From: Nitrospirota bacterium
GTDB lineage: Bacteria > Nitrospirota > UBA9217
DNA: 64,000 nucleotides
Direction: 5' to 3'
Assembly: GCA_963754875.1 (NCBI GenBank)
Contig: CAVWHO010000020.1
Span: 160,001-224,000 of the forward strand
Positions within the stretch are counted from its first letter, which is position 1. Every line of letters starts with the position of its first letter. Both the position numbers and the translations under genes were made by a program. This document shows positions 9,098-17,857 of the stretch, piece after piece. The notes beneath the pieces were generated by a model that saw only the letters and a list, made by a program, of their open reading frames with translations, did no database searches and had not been told where the DNA came from.

Positions 9098-10639
9098 TTA
9101 GTTATAGTATTCGCTGCCACGGATGTTGCTGTGAGTGATCGCCTGTGATGCGGCTTTTGGCTCTGGTAACGGTTTTTTGTCTAAATTTGTTTCAAGGATG
9201 GACTTGACGCTTCCGAAACTGATGCCCCCGATGGCGAGTGCTCGCTTGCAGGCAGCCTCGACGCGTTCTTTGCCAAACTTCTTGGAAAGAGTGATGATCC
9301 CCATACAGGAACGAAAGCCTTGTTGTGGGTGAAGCTTCTTTGCGAGAATGGCCGTAACCAGCTCTGCCGTTGATTTGCCGGTTTCCGATGCCCAGCGTAT
9401 CAGGCGCTCTGGGGTCCAGTCAGCATAGTCCCGATGGGACTTCGGCATGTGCTCGGCAAGTGTCGTATGTCTTCCCTTGGCATAGGACCGGATATGTGAG
9501 GCGATGCGTTTGTTGTGAAAGAAGACTTCTACAATCGATTCCGTTAGCCGTACGTCCAGGTATTCATTGCGGAGTTGGTAGGGTACGCTGTAATAGTGGT
9601 CATTGACTTCGACGTGGTAATCGATGCCGGAACGTTTTTTTATCTTCCATTCTGCGTACTCGAAGGCCACAGCAGGCAGCGGTTGTAATGCAGGCTTATC
9701 GATCTCCAGAAAACGGCTCATACGGCTGCCGGAGAGCTTCTTGAAGGGCCGGTTATTGAGTCTATCCAGCAGTTCCCGGATAGCGGCATTGAGTTCTGCG
9801 AGGCTGAAGAAGGTACGGTTCCTGAGGGCTGCCAGGATCCAACGCTGCACCAGAAGGACTCCGGCTTCAACTTTCGCTTTGTCTTTAGGCTTCCTGACGC
9901 GGGCAGGAATGACCGCAGCACCGTAATGAACTGCAAGCTCTTGATAGGTGCGATTGACGCCTGGCTCATAGCGACAGACCTTGGTGATGCCGGAGAGAAG
10001 ATTATCAGGGATCAGGATCTCGGGCACACCGTCGATGAACTTAAGGGTCCGGACATGGGAACCGATCCAGTCTGGCAGACCCTGCGTAAACGTTGCTTCG
10101 GCATATGTAAAGTTGCTGGCGCCTAGGACGGCGACGAAGATCTGACAGTTGTGTACCTCTCCGGTGGATTTGTCGATTACCGAGACTGTTTGGCCACAGT
10201 AATCAACAAACAGCTTTTCTCCTGCAAGATGAACCTGTCGCATGGAGATATCGAGCTTTTTTGCATAGGCGCGATAGAGGTCACAAAAATGTGCGTACTG
10301 ATATCCTTCAGGATATTGCGCTTTGTACTCGTCCCACAGGAGCATCAGGGTAACACTTTTACGCGCAAGCTCGCGGTGAACATCCTCCCATACAGGGAGC
10401 GGACGTGGAGATGTGGAGACAATGACCGGCGGGTAGAGAAGATGCTCGAGGGCGGTATCGTCCAGGTCTGCCGGCAGGGGCCATGATAGCCCGGCCTGTC
10501 TGGCTCGTTTCGTATACTCGTCAACGGTGCTTCTGGCTATTCCACAGCTTTTGGATATAGCGCGGCGGTCTAGGCCGCAGGACCATTTGAGGCGTAAAAC
10601 TTCTTTAATTGTTCGCACGGGTATTCTTTCTCTCGTCAT
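9098..10639 (-). CDS. istA: IS21 transposase IstA
   Basis: N-terminal HTH, GEKLFVDY, PDNL, PKDKAKVE, YYSVPY. Confidence 0.95.
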   Translation of the reverse strand: MTRERIPVRTIKEVLRLKWSCGLDRRAISKSCGIARSTVDEYTKRARQAGLSWPLPADLDDTALEHLLYPPVIVSTSPRPLPVWEDVHRELARKSVTLMLLWDEYKAQYPEGYQYAHFCDLYRAYAKKLDISMRQVHLAGEKLFVDYCGQTVSVIDKSTGEVHNCQIFVAVLGASNFTYAEATFTQGLPDWIGSHVRTLKFIDGVPEILIPDNLLSGITKVCRYEPGVNRTYQELAVHYGAAVIPARVRKPKDKAKVEAGVLLVQRWILAALRNRTFFSLAELNAAIRELLDRLNNRPFKKLSGSRMSRFLEIDKPALQPLPAVAFEYAEWKIKKRSGIDYHVEVNDHYYSVPYQLRNEYLDVRLTESIVEVFFHNKRIASHIRSYAKGRHTTLAEHMPKSHRDYADWTPERLIRWASETGKSTAELVTAILAKKLHPQQGFRSCMGIITLSKKFGKERVEAACKRALAIGGISFGSVKSILETNLDKKPLPEPKAASQAITHSNIRGSEYYN

Positions 10640-11224
10640 CCAGCTCTCCTTAGAAGCGAATTTTAAGGAGCAGGATATACGAATTTGTAGAATTTACCCA
10701 GCGTCGTTTAATGCGTTAGAGGGTGCCTGAATTGGAGCGGAACACCGGCCCGAATTGCAGTGGAATGGGTGCCTGAATTGGAGCAGAACAGGTGCCTGAA
10801 TTGCAGTGGAATGGCTGCCTGAATTGGAGCAGAATACTCAGCAGACAAACTTAAATTGATAGAAATAAACATCGTTAATATTGTAGATAGATCAAAACAC
10901 AGATAATAATTATGCTGATCGGATCGAGCGACTGGCGTATTAACCAATGATGTTAAAAAATGATATTGTCACTATCGAATAAAGAAAAGGAATTAGCGAA
11001 TGCAGTAGGTATCGTCTTCGGAGGAGTTTAATGTCCGGTTTATCCAGGATTAACAAGCTCAATGAATTGGAGGTCATCCCTTTTGATTTCAGATAATACC
11101 TTGCTAAACATTCTCTATTTAAAAGAAATCAATTGAAGGACGCCAAGAGTTATCTAAACTAACATGATCCCCAAGCATCTTTCATCCTCACTTGTCAACC
11201 AATGTGTTCTTGCCTGTGAACCAA

Positions 11225-11280
11225 AACTAACGACAGAGGGACACGCCGCGAAGCGGTCGGCGTGGAACGACGGGTTAACA
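11225..11280 (-). repeat. attC site
   Basis: Minus strand TGTTAAC-CCGTCGTTCCACGCCGACCGC-TTC-GCGGCGTG...GTTAGTT. Confidence 0.85.
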
Positions 11281-11302
11281 TCATTATTAAGAAAGGCCAA
11301 GT

Positions 11303-11734
11303 TCAAAAACAACTGGCAGCATAATCAGACAGATCAACATCTGTAAAAGTAAAAACGACCGGTGTGCACGTCCCACTTACTTCAGTTTGTCTTGTACATG
11401 GATGTGTGCTCCCGATGGTCAGGCCTTTACTAAGAAGATAATTAAGCGGAGGATTTTTGCCGTCGCCGACCGTAAGTACGCGATTTTTGTCTGTTGCATC
11501 GTTTGCGTCGGCCGGATTGGCAGGTGTAAAGTCAAAGACAGCTTCGACAGGATTATTATTACAATTATTACTGCCTGTACTCGCACCGTTGAGAGAGACT
11601 ATCGTCGCTGTCCCCGTCGTGCTTGTGTAAGTACAAGGTCCACCGGTTGGATCCGAGTTGCCAGACGAACAAGAGAGAAATAAGAAGATAGACATGAAAC
11701 AGACTGCTGCTTCGACTCTGATGTTATTTGGCAT
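11303..11734 (-). CDS. Cys-rich putative lipoprotein (cassette)
   Basis: Lipobox-like FLSC after hydrophobic stretch; bounded by attC sites. Confidence 0.7.
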   Translation of the reverse strand: MPNNIRVEAAVCFMSIFLFLSCSSGNSDPTGGPCTYTSTTGTATIVSLNGASTGSNNCNNNPVEAVFDFTPANPADANDATDKNRVLTVGDGKNPPLNYLLSKGLTIGSTHPCTRQTEVSGTCTPVVFTFTDVDLSDYAASCF

Positions 11735-11742
11735 ATTTATCC

Positions 11743-11860
11743 CCTTAACACCCCGGGTGAGCGGCTGACACCGCAGGGGTCAAGTCCGTCTCGAACCGGT
11801 TTGATCTGCCGCGCTGGTTTCGCGGCAGATCAGGTTCGGCCGCTCACCCGTTTGTTGGCG
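11743..11860 (-). repeat. Long branched attC site
   Basis: CCTTAAC..CGGGTGAGCGGCTGA...TCGGCCGCTCACCCG..GTTGGCG with internal hairpin TGATCTGCCGCG/CGCGGCAGATCA. Confidence 0.75.
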
Positions 11861-11877
11861 GCATTTTCCCGTTTATG

Positions 11878-12762
11878 CTATTTGGCTAAAAAGCGTGTAA
11901 TGAGTTCATTGACTACTTCCGGTTGTTCCTGATGAACGAAATGGCCGGCAGAAGAAATAATATGTCTTTCAAAATCACGGAGAAAAGCAGACTCCATTCC
12001 TTCAGTTGTCTCGACGCCTATGCATCCGTCATTGGCGCCATGCAGATACATTGTTGGAACGGGGATGGGATCGCTTAAGCGTTTCCGTATATCGGCCAAG
12101 CCCGGCTGATGAAGGGCCGGATTGAACTGGGAACGATAATACCCCAAAGCAGCTTTCAATACAGAAGGTTGTCGAAAAGCTTTCTTGATTTCGTTCATTA
12201 CCGATTTGGGGTAGAGCCAGCCAGGAGACCACTCTTGCCATAACCTTTCTATAAACTCGAAATCGTTATGGGCTATCGCCATCTCAGCGATGGGTAGCTG
12301 GAAGAAAAACATGTACCAGGATCGACGTTGTTGTTTTGGGTTTGATACCAGCGCTCGTCCAAAATTTGCTGCGGTCGGTACGGACATGCAGACAATTTTC
12401 GAGATTTTTTCGGGTGCAAGGATGGCAGCGCTGCGAGCAACTATGGCACCCCAATCGTGCCCGATAAGAATCGCGGGTTGTCCCGTCAGTTGATCAATCA
12501 ACGACAATACGTCTTGGGCAAGAGCTGCGACTTCATAAGGACCTTCGGACTCAACATCTGACGGAAAATATCCACGCATGTACGGAGCTACCACTCGGTA
12601 GCCTTTTTTTGCAAGGACAGGAATTTGATGCCGATAGGAAATCGGGAGATCGGGAAAGCCGTGCAATGCTACGATGAGCGGCCCCTTTCCCTCTTCGAGT
12701 GCATGGATTGTGTGACCATTCGACTCAACAGTGATGCGGTTATAAATTGGATCTTCGGCCAC
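11878..12762 (-). CDS. Alpha/beta hydrolase, epoxide-hydrolase-like (cassette)
   Basis: HGFP, GHDWG nucleophile motif, RRSWYMFFFQ, AGHFVHQEQP. Confidence 0.9.
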   Translation of the reverse strand: MAEDPIYNRITVESNGHTIHALEEGKGPLIVALHGFPDLPISYRHQIPVLAKKGYRVVAPYMRGYFPSDVESEGPYEVAALAQDVLSLIDQLTGQPAILIGHDWGAIVARSAAILAPEKISKIVCMSVPTAANFGRALVSNPKQQRRSWYMFFFQLPIAEMAIAHNDFEFIERLWQEWSPGWLYPKSVMNEIKKAFRQPSVLKAALGYYRSQFNPALHQPGLADIRKRLSDPIPVPTMYLHGANDGCIGVETTEGMESAFLRDFERHIISSAGHFVHQEQPEVVNELITRFLAK

Positions 12763-12835
12763 TTTATCTCCTTTTGAATGTTAAGCGGTCATATCCGCTT
12801 GGACTACTGGTTAGCGCAGTACGTTATTTTCCCTG

Positions 12836-12883
12836 AGCCAACGACGAGTTGAGCCCCGCGCCGCAGAGCGCGGGACTCGGAAC
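12836..12883 (-). repeat. attC lacking its R'' box (R'' found at 14882-14888)
   Basis: AGCCAAC-GACGAGTTGAGCCCCGCGC-CGCAGA-GCGCGGGACTCGGAAC; core GTTGGCT matches inverse core at 11854-11860 in 6/7. Confidence 0.75.
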
Positions 12884-12897
12884 AACTTAGAAAAAAA

Positions 12898-13835
12898 CTT
12901 AGGGTCAGGTCCATACTGTTTACCTTTTATAGTGTCCGCACAGAATTCTGCTCACATATGTGGAGTGTACGCCGAGGTGATCAGCAATTGTACGCTGAGT
13001 GTATCCGTACTTCTCAACAGCCTCGGCAATTTTCCTGTCCCGTTTGCTTTTGTCGTCCAGTATACTCTGACTGAATATTTTATTAAGTGTTGGCCTGTTA
13101 GCGTAGCGTTGGCTCTTGGGGATTTCAGGAATATCTTTTTGCCTTCTGAGATGATCGGCAAGGCTGTCAACAAAATCATCTTCGCCTAGAAGGACTTGGC
13201 CCTTAACATCAGTCCAGATCGTTTTCTTGCCGATCCCCCATTTCACAAACTGGCGGTATTCTTTCTCTGCCTTGCCTCTTGTTCGGCTGAATTGTCCGAG
13301 TATCCAATCTGTGGTAAGGCACGGATGGGCCGTTTCTTTCCCCCCTGTGGCCCGGTAGCTTGACCATCTCCAGTCTTCGGGTTTTTCTACCATCCTGGCT
13401 CGGACTGGATTCAGCACCACATAGCGGCAGACTTCAAGAAGGTGTGTGTCTTTTTGGATGATGATGGCCTTGTACCTGCCCTGGAAAAGGTGTCCGGTTT
13501 TGTTGTAGCGCTTGTTCCGTGCCTGAGTATAAACGCCGTTTAATTGCCTCATGCCGAGGGAAAGATTACCGTCGGGAGTTTCTATCATGAGGTGGTAGTG
13601 ATTGTCCATGAGGCAGTAAGCGTGACAGAGCCAGTGATAGCGTTTGATGACGAAGGCAAGGATTTTGAGAAATGTCTCCCGGTCCTGGTCGTCTTTGAAT
13701 ACGGCTTTTTTATCGTTGCCCCGATTGGTGATGTGGTACACCGCGCCGGGGTATTCTATGCGTAATGGACGAGTCATAAAGGTGAGTTTAGCAGAAGTTT
13801 AAAGAAAAATCCAACAGTATGGACCTGACCCTAAG
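12898..13835 (-). mobile_element. RAYT-like element 2 bounded by perfect 23-bp inverted repeats
   Basis: CTTAGGGTCAGGTCCATACTGTT (12898-12920) / AACAGTATGGACCTGACCCTAAG (13813-13835). Confidence 0.85.
12920..13777 (-). CDS. REP-associated tyrosine (Y1 HUH) transposase, paralog of 5937-6788
   Basis: Same HUH/Y1 motifs, clearly homologous but diverged. Confidence 0.9.
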   Translation of the reverse strand: MTRPLRIEYPGAVYHITNRGNDKKAVFKDDQDRETFLKILAFVIKRYHWLCHAYCLMDNHYHLMIETPDGNLSLGMRQLNGVYTQARNKRYNKTGHLFQGRYKAIIIQKDTHLLEVCRYVVLNPVRARMVEKPEDWRWSSYRATGGKETAHPCLTTDWILGQFSRTRGKAEKEYRQFVKWGIGKKTIWTDVKGQVLLGEDDFVDSLADHLRRQKDIPEIPKSQRYANRPTLNKIFSQSILDDKSKRDRKIAEAVEKYGYTQRTIADHLGVHSTYVSRILCGHYKR

Positions 13836-14577
13836 ATGTTGGGACTTTCTCTACGGCAATTCAGGAGCTGTGTTGATCGACCGGTTCGGCTGCAATCCGT
13901 ACCGAATCATCGAGACCGGGTACGACACATTCGCTGCATCCATGAAACAGGCGATTCCCCGTATTCGGCGGGATACGATCACCCGGCTCTGGCAGGATTC
14001 TGAAAGCTCGATTCTGAATGAGCTGCCATCAAGCTATCGCGATGTTCTGGAAGACCAGTTCCAGGACCTGATCGCTCAGTTTCGGGACAGAGAGCATCGG
14101 AAAGAACAGATCGTGGAGCAGATGACGATTATCTTCCGAAGGCTTCGCGATGACGACCCCAGAATCCCCCCGCCGACCGCCGGGGTCATCTCGGAAAAGA
14201 ACCTTGCGCTGCTTATCGCCGAGACCGGGCCGATGGCTGATTTCCGCAATTGGCGGCAGTTGATGCGGTATGCCGGTCTCAACATCCGGATGCGTCAGAG
14301 TGGAAAGTATCAAGGCAAAAACAAAATCTCCAAGAAAGGCAGCCCGCTGCTCCGAAAGGTTTTGAACCATATCGTGCTGCCGCTGGTGCGAAAAGGCTAC
14401 CTCTACGGAGATTACTATCACAAGAAGCGAGAAACGGAAAAGATGGCGGGGACGAAGGCCATGACCATTGTGTCGCGCCACTTTCTACGTAAGTTCCACG
14501 GCTGGTACAAATCAGGTGCTGCATTTGATGAAAAACGGTATTTTGCCTGTGAGGCGGAGTTTTTGAAAGCGGCCTAA
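13836..14577 (+). pseudogene. IS110/IS1111-family transposase, C-terminal half only
   Basis: ALLIAETG..DF...RQLMRYAGLN....QSG......ISKKGSPLLR Transposase_20 motif; N-terminal DEDD domain absent, replaced by RAYT element 2. Confidence 0.85.
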
Positions 14578-14619
14578 AAATGAACCAACGAACAAAGTAA
14601 TACGACTACTCCGGTGGAC

Positions 14620-14781
14620 CCTGGTCCCGAGATGACCGCTTGCGCCTTGTAATCTCTCTCGAGAGAATTATCCTGTCGACATTCCGTCACTCGGGATCAG
14701 GCGTTCCCAACATGGCCTATAAAGTATGGGTGTCCTGCAAAAGCAAGGACCGAACCCAGGTATGCTTGCCAGTTGCGGAAC
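14620..14781 (+). ncRNA. Candidate IS110/IS1111 bridge (seek) RNA
   Basis: Two consecutive stem/internal-loop/stem modules (14620-14701, 14703-14781) in the non-coding end downstream of the transposase. Confidence 0.65.
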
Positions 14782-14889
14782 ATTTATCGCCAGAGACTAA
14801 GGAGAAATTATCAAAGATCAAAAGATCGAAGGAGATCTCTGTCTCTTTTTCTTGACTATTTCCGCCTAAAGGTAGGCGCAGGTTAGTTT

Positions 14890-15381
14890 TCAATCTGTAT
14901 TTGCATCTTCGTCGTCTTTAGCCTTGTGCTTAATTTTGCCTGGCATTACCCAGCCGAAAATGAAGAATTCGATTGCCATCCGAATTTTGTCGAAAAGTGA
15001 ATAACCTTTAAAAGTGTCTTCGATCGGAACGCTCGTCTTCTCGATATAATCAGACAGAAGCTCTTTGGCCTTTTCGTATTGGTCGTCTTGAACCTGTATC
15101 ATCTTTGCATTATAAAGACCAATATGGGGCCCCACTTCCAGAGAGCCAAAATTATCATTCCTCACAAAATAGCTGATTTCCTCAGAATCGAGGATGCTTC
15201 TTATTAAACTCAACTCAGTTTCGTTTTTTGGGGAATACAGGTTGACGAAATTAACATATTCTGGCGCGGATGGTGCCTCTTCTCTGCGCAGTGTCTCCTC
15301 CTCGTGAATCAAAGGCACATCACAGTCCGGGCAAGTAAGAAGCATCCATTTATATTTTTTCTTGCACCTGGGGCAAAACAT
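14890..15381 (-). CDS. Zn-ribbon + DUF2007-like putative signal-transducing protein (cassette)
   Basis: MFCPRC...CPDC, ELSLIRSILDSEEI, IQV....YEKAKELL; perfect core/inverse core GTTAGTT/AACTAAC. Confidence 0.75.
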   Translation of the reverse strand: MFCPRCKKKYKWMLLTCPDCDVPLIHEEETLRREEAPSAPEYVNFVNLYSPKNETELSLIRSILDSEEISYFVRNDNFGSLEVGPHIGLYNAKMIQVQDDQYEKAKELLSDYIEKTSVPIEDTFKGYSLFDKIRMAIEFFIFGWVMPGKIKHKAKDDEDANTD

Positions 15382-15394
15382 AATAACCTTTCAA

Positions 15395-15455
15395 AACTAA
15401 CGATCGCATCACGCGCCGCCATATGGGCGCGTCGCTGTGGACGCGATTGGTGTAC
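15395..15455 (-). repeat. attC site with mutated inverse core
   Basis: AACTAAC-GATCGCATCAC...GTGGACGCGATT-GGTGTAC (GTT changed to GGT). Confidence 0.7.
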
Positions 15456-15468
15456 CTTATATGTTCTA

Positions 15469-16676
15469 GTGTAGTGTCTCTCAATTAACTGGTGTTATGC
15501 CATGACTTGTGATAGAATGCTGTTCATGGCACGACACGCTTTAATTATAGACCTTACGGCGTCAGATCGACAAGAACTGGAGCAATGGGTACAAGCTCAT
15601 CGCACCCCGCAACAAGTCGCTCAACGATGTCGAATTATTCTAGCAGCAGCGAGTGGCCAACAAGACAAGGCCATCGCAAAGCGAATTCAAATCAATTATA
15701 AAACGGCCGCATTATGGAGGCAGCGGTTCTGTAGCGAAGGTCCGGACTGCCTTTGGGAAGTTGCGGCAGGTCGCGGACGTAAACCGGAGTTAACGACAAC
15801 CAAAATTAATAAAATAATTAGATGCCACTCTGCAATCAAGGCCTGCTGGCGCGACCCACTGGAGTTGCCGAACAATGGCTGAAAAGCACGGCGTCAGCAA
15901 AGCAACGATCAATAGAATATGGCAGAGCCATAACATTAAACCGCACAGAACTAAGAGCTTCAAGTTGTCCCGCGACCCACGGTTTTTGGAGAAGCTTACC
16001 GATGTAGTCGGTCTTTATCTGAATCCTCCAGCAAAAGCATTAGTGCTCTGCGTGGATGAGAAAAGCCAGATTCAAGCGCTGGATCGCACACAACCTGGGT
16101 TGCCTTTGAAAAAAGGGCGTTGTGGAACAATGACCCATGATTATAAGCGCAACGGTACCACGACGCTATTTGCGGCGCTCGAATTGGCACAAGGTAAAGT
16201 CATTGGTCAGTGTTACGCGCGGCATCGCCATCAGGAGTTTCTCAAGTTCTTGAAGCAACTGGACGCTGAGTTCCCGGTCGAAAAGCAATTGCACCTGGTG
16301 ATGGATAACTATGGAACCCATAAACATCCCAATGTCCAGAAATGGTTATCACGTCATCCACGCTTTGTGACGCACTTCGTTCCGACCAGTTCAAGTTGGT
16401 TGAATCTTGTCGAGCGTTGGTTCGGAGAACTGACGGGAAAACGATTACGTCGTGGTGTCTTTGTCAGCGTGGACGCGCTCAAGAGCGCGATCGAAGAGTA
16501 TTTGGCTACTTGGAATAAAGACCCAAAACCGTTTGTATGGACCGCAACCGTCGAATCGATTGTTAAGAAACTTGGACGCTGCAAGCAGACATTGGAGAAA
16601 ATTCAGCCAGGCTGCACGTTACCTCGCTCTCGCAAGAAAAAGGCTGATAACACCAGTCGTTTGTGAGACACTACAC
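15469..16676 (+). mobile_element. IS630-family element, copy 1
   Basis: IRs GTGTAGTGTCTC/GAGACACTACAC, inserted at CTAG with TA duplication. Confidence 0.93.
15526..16666 (+). pseudogene. IS630 transposase with +1 frameshift at ~15821
   Basis: ATTAGATGCC versus ATTAATGCC in intact copy 2; [28 protein letters not shown]. Confidence 0.85.
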
Positions 16677-16692
16677 TAGCTTATAAATAGAA

Positions 16693-17046
16693 TCACGGCT
16701 TCACTAAAGGCCACATCCGCAGAAAGCTTCGAATAAGAAATAGTACAAACAGTAGCACAACAGAATAGCGAACGCGCCGCCAGTAACGCCAACCATCTGG
16801 GGTGAAGTTTTCTTGCCCTGCGCATAACTTCGACCAGAGAGTAATGTTCCAATATTCGTCTTGCCCCTCTGGTGATAATAATGTCATTGCTCTAAACCCC
16901 CAGTATGAGCCGAGGAGTATACTGCCCGCCATCATTAAGTCAATGATTGAAGCTGGTGGATTCCACGAAGTAATTGCGGGTATAGCTAAAATGAGACTTA
17001 CAAACAACATTCCGATGACATTCATTATTGCCACTGCTGCTCGCAT
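16693..17046 (-). CDS. Small membrane protein (cassette)
   Basis: Three hydrophobic segments; GGAG RBS just inside core site. Confidence 0.65.
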   Translation of the reverse strand: MRAAVAIMNVIGMLFVSLILAIPAITSWNPPASIIDLMMAGSILLGSYWGFRAMTLLSPEGQDEYWNITLWSKLCAGQENFTPDGWRYWRRVRYSVVLLFVLFLIRSFLRMWPLVKP

Positions 17047-17056
17047 ATTGACTCCG

Positions 17057-17114
17057 GTATAACGCGCGCGTGAGGAGCGTGGTTTTCGCGACTCACTCGA
17101 CGCGCTCGTTATGT
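17057..17114 (-). repeat. attC site
   Basis: Minus strand ACATAAC-GAGCGCGTCGAGTGAGTCGCG-AAAA-CCACGCTCCTCACGCGCGC-GTTATAC, overlapping stop of upstream ORF. Confidence 0.88.
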
Positions 17115-17506
17115 CATTTATGTGCCTTTAATTTCCTTAATGTGAGTGAGTATACGAGCAAGATGTTGCCGATTAAGAAACTCAAAACGCAACCACCGCC
17201 GCAAATATTGCCTAACCAATCGAGCGATGGCCATACTGAAAGAAGAAGAGCAAGACCAGCAAGGAAGGAAGGTATTATCCAGATAAAAAATAGCGATACT
17301 TTTAATAATATTTCGTTAACGAGTCTATCGTTCACAAGGAAGATGAAAAATACACTTTTTATGATAATAAATAATCCACCGAAGATCTTTAGTTTTTCAA
17401 ATACAGTTAGACCTGGAATGAAAATCAGAGAAAGGGCTATTATCGCTTCAGCAGATACCGCGATCACAGCTGATTGGTAAATTCGCTTTTTGTTATGTGT
17501 TGTCAT
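17114..17506 (-). CDS. Four-TM membrane protein (cassette)
   Basis: AT-rich hydrophobic ORF whose TGA abuts the inverse core. Confidence 0.7.
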   Translation of the reverse strand: MTTHNKKRIYQSAVIAVSAEAIIALSLIFIPGLTVFEKLKIFGGLFIIIKSVFFIFLVNDRLVNEILLKVSLFFIWIIPSFLAGLALLLSVWPSLDWLGNICGGGCVLSFLIGNILLVYSLTLRKLKAHK

Positions 17507-17857
17507 TGTAGCGCCTCAGGAGGCAGCGTATAGACTTTCTGCCCAAATAATGTTAAGGCTTCTTTCTGAACGCATTATTCAGAAAGAAGCTGGTTGGACT
17601 AAGCCGTAGCGCGCCACGTTGCTATGGGATTTCAAATGATTTTTCAGTTTAAAGCGAAGTCCGTGGAGGCGGCATTGGCAGGGGCATGAGACTTGTTCGA
17701 TTGAAAAGCGGCGATTCCGGACTGCTCCGCAAGCCCCTTTCGTAAATGACTATACAGGAAAAAGGGCTTTGGAGCAATAGAGTATCGTTGCGAAAAACAG
17801 GGCTGTTTTCGGGGGTGGATGTCGGGGCTGGGTTGTTCATTACAGTACTTGCGATAA

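Larger units (their letters stand above)
8208..10840 (-). mobile_element. IS21-family element with 7-bp target duplication GCAGACA
   Basis: TG...CA ends (TGTGTATTCTG / CAGAATACTCA), multiple internal GCCTGAATTG repeats, GCAGACA at 8201-8207 and 10841-10847. Confidence 0.95.
8081..10947 (-). pseudogene. AT-rich membrane-protein cassette gene split by IS21
   Basis: Removing 8208-10847 rejoins ...MFISINLSLSA|LTVASKSKIASEIAVFTVMSLWTFLYSIYGLLIAIAFLR* in frame. Confidence 0.7.

Noticed and set aside
10720..10840. Alternating ~23-bp repeats (GTGCCTGAATTGGAGC / GAATTGCAGTGGAATGG) resembling a mini-CRISPR
   Set aside because: No unique spacers or cas genes; these are the multiple transposase-binding repeats of the IS21 end, mirrored at 8208-8280
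13819..13850. ATG at 13819 as true start of the IS110 ORF
   Set aside because: It lies inside the RAYT inverted repeat; the ORF lacks the catalytic N-terminal domain
15800..15885. Programmed frameshift in IS630 copy 1
   Set aside because: No slippery run at the shift, and copy 2 encodes the same protein in one frame; a 1-bp insertion explains it
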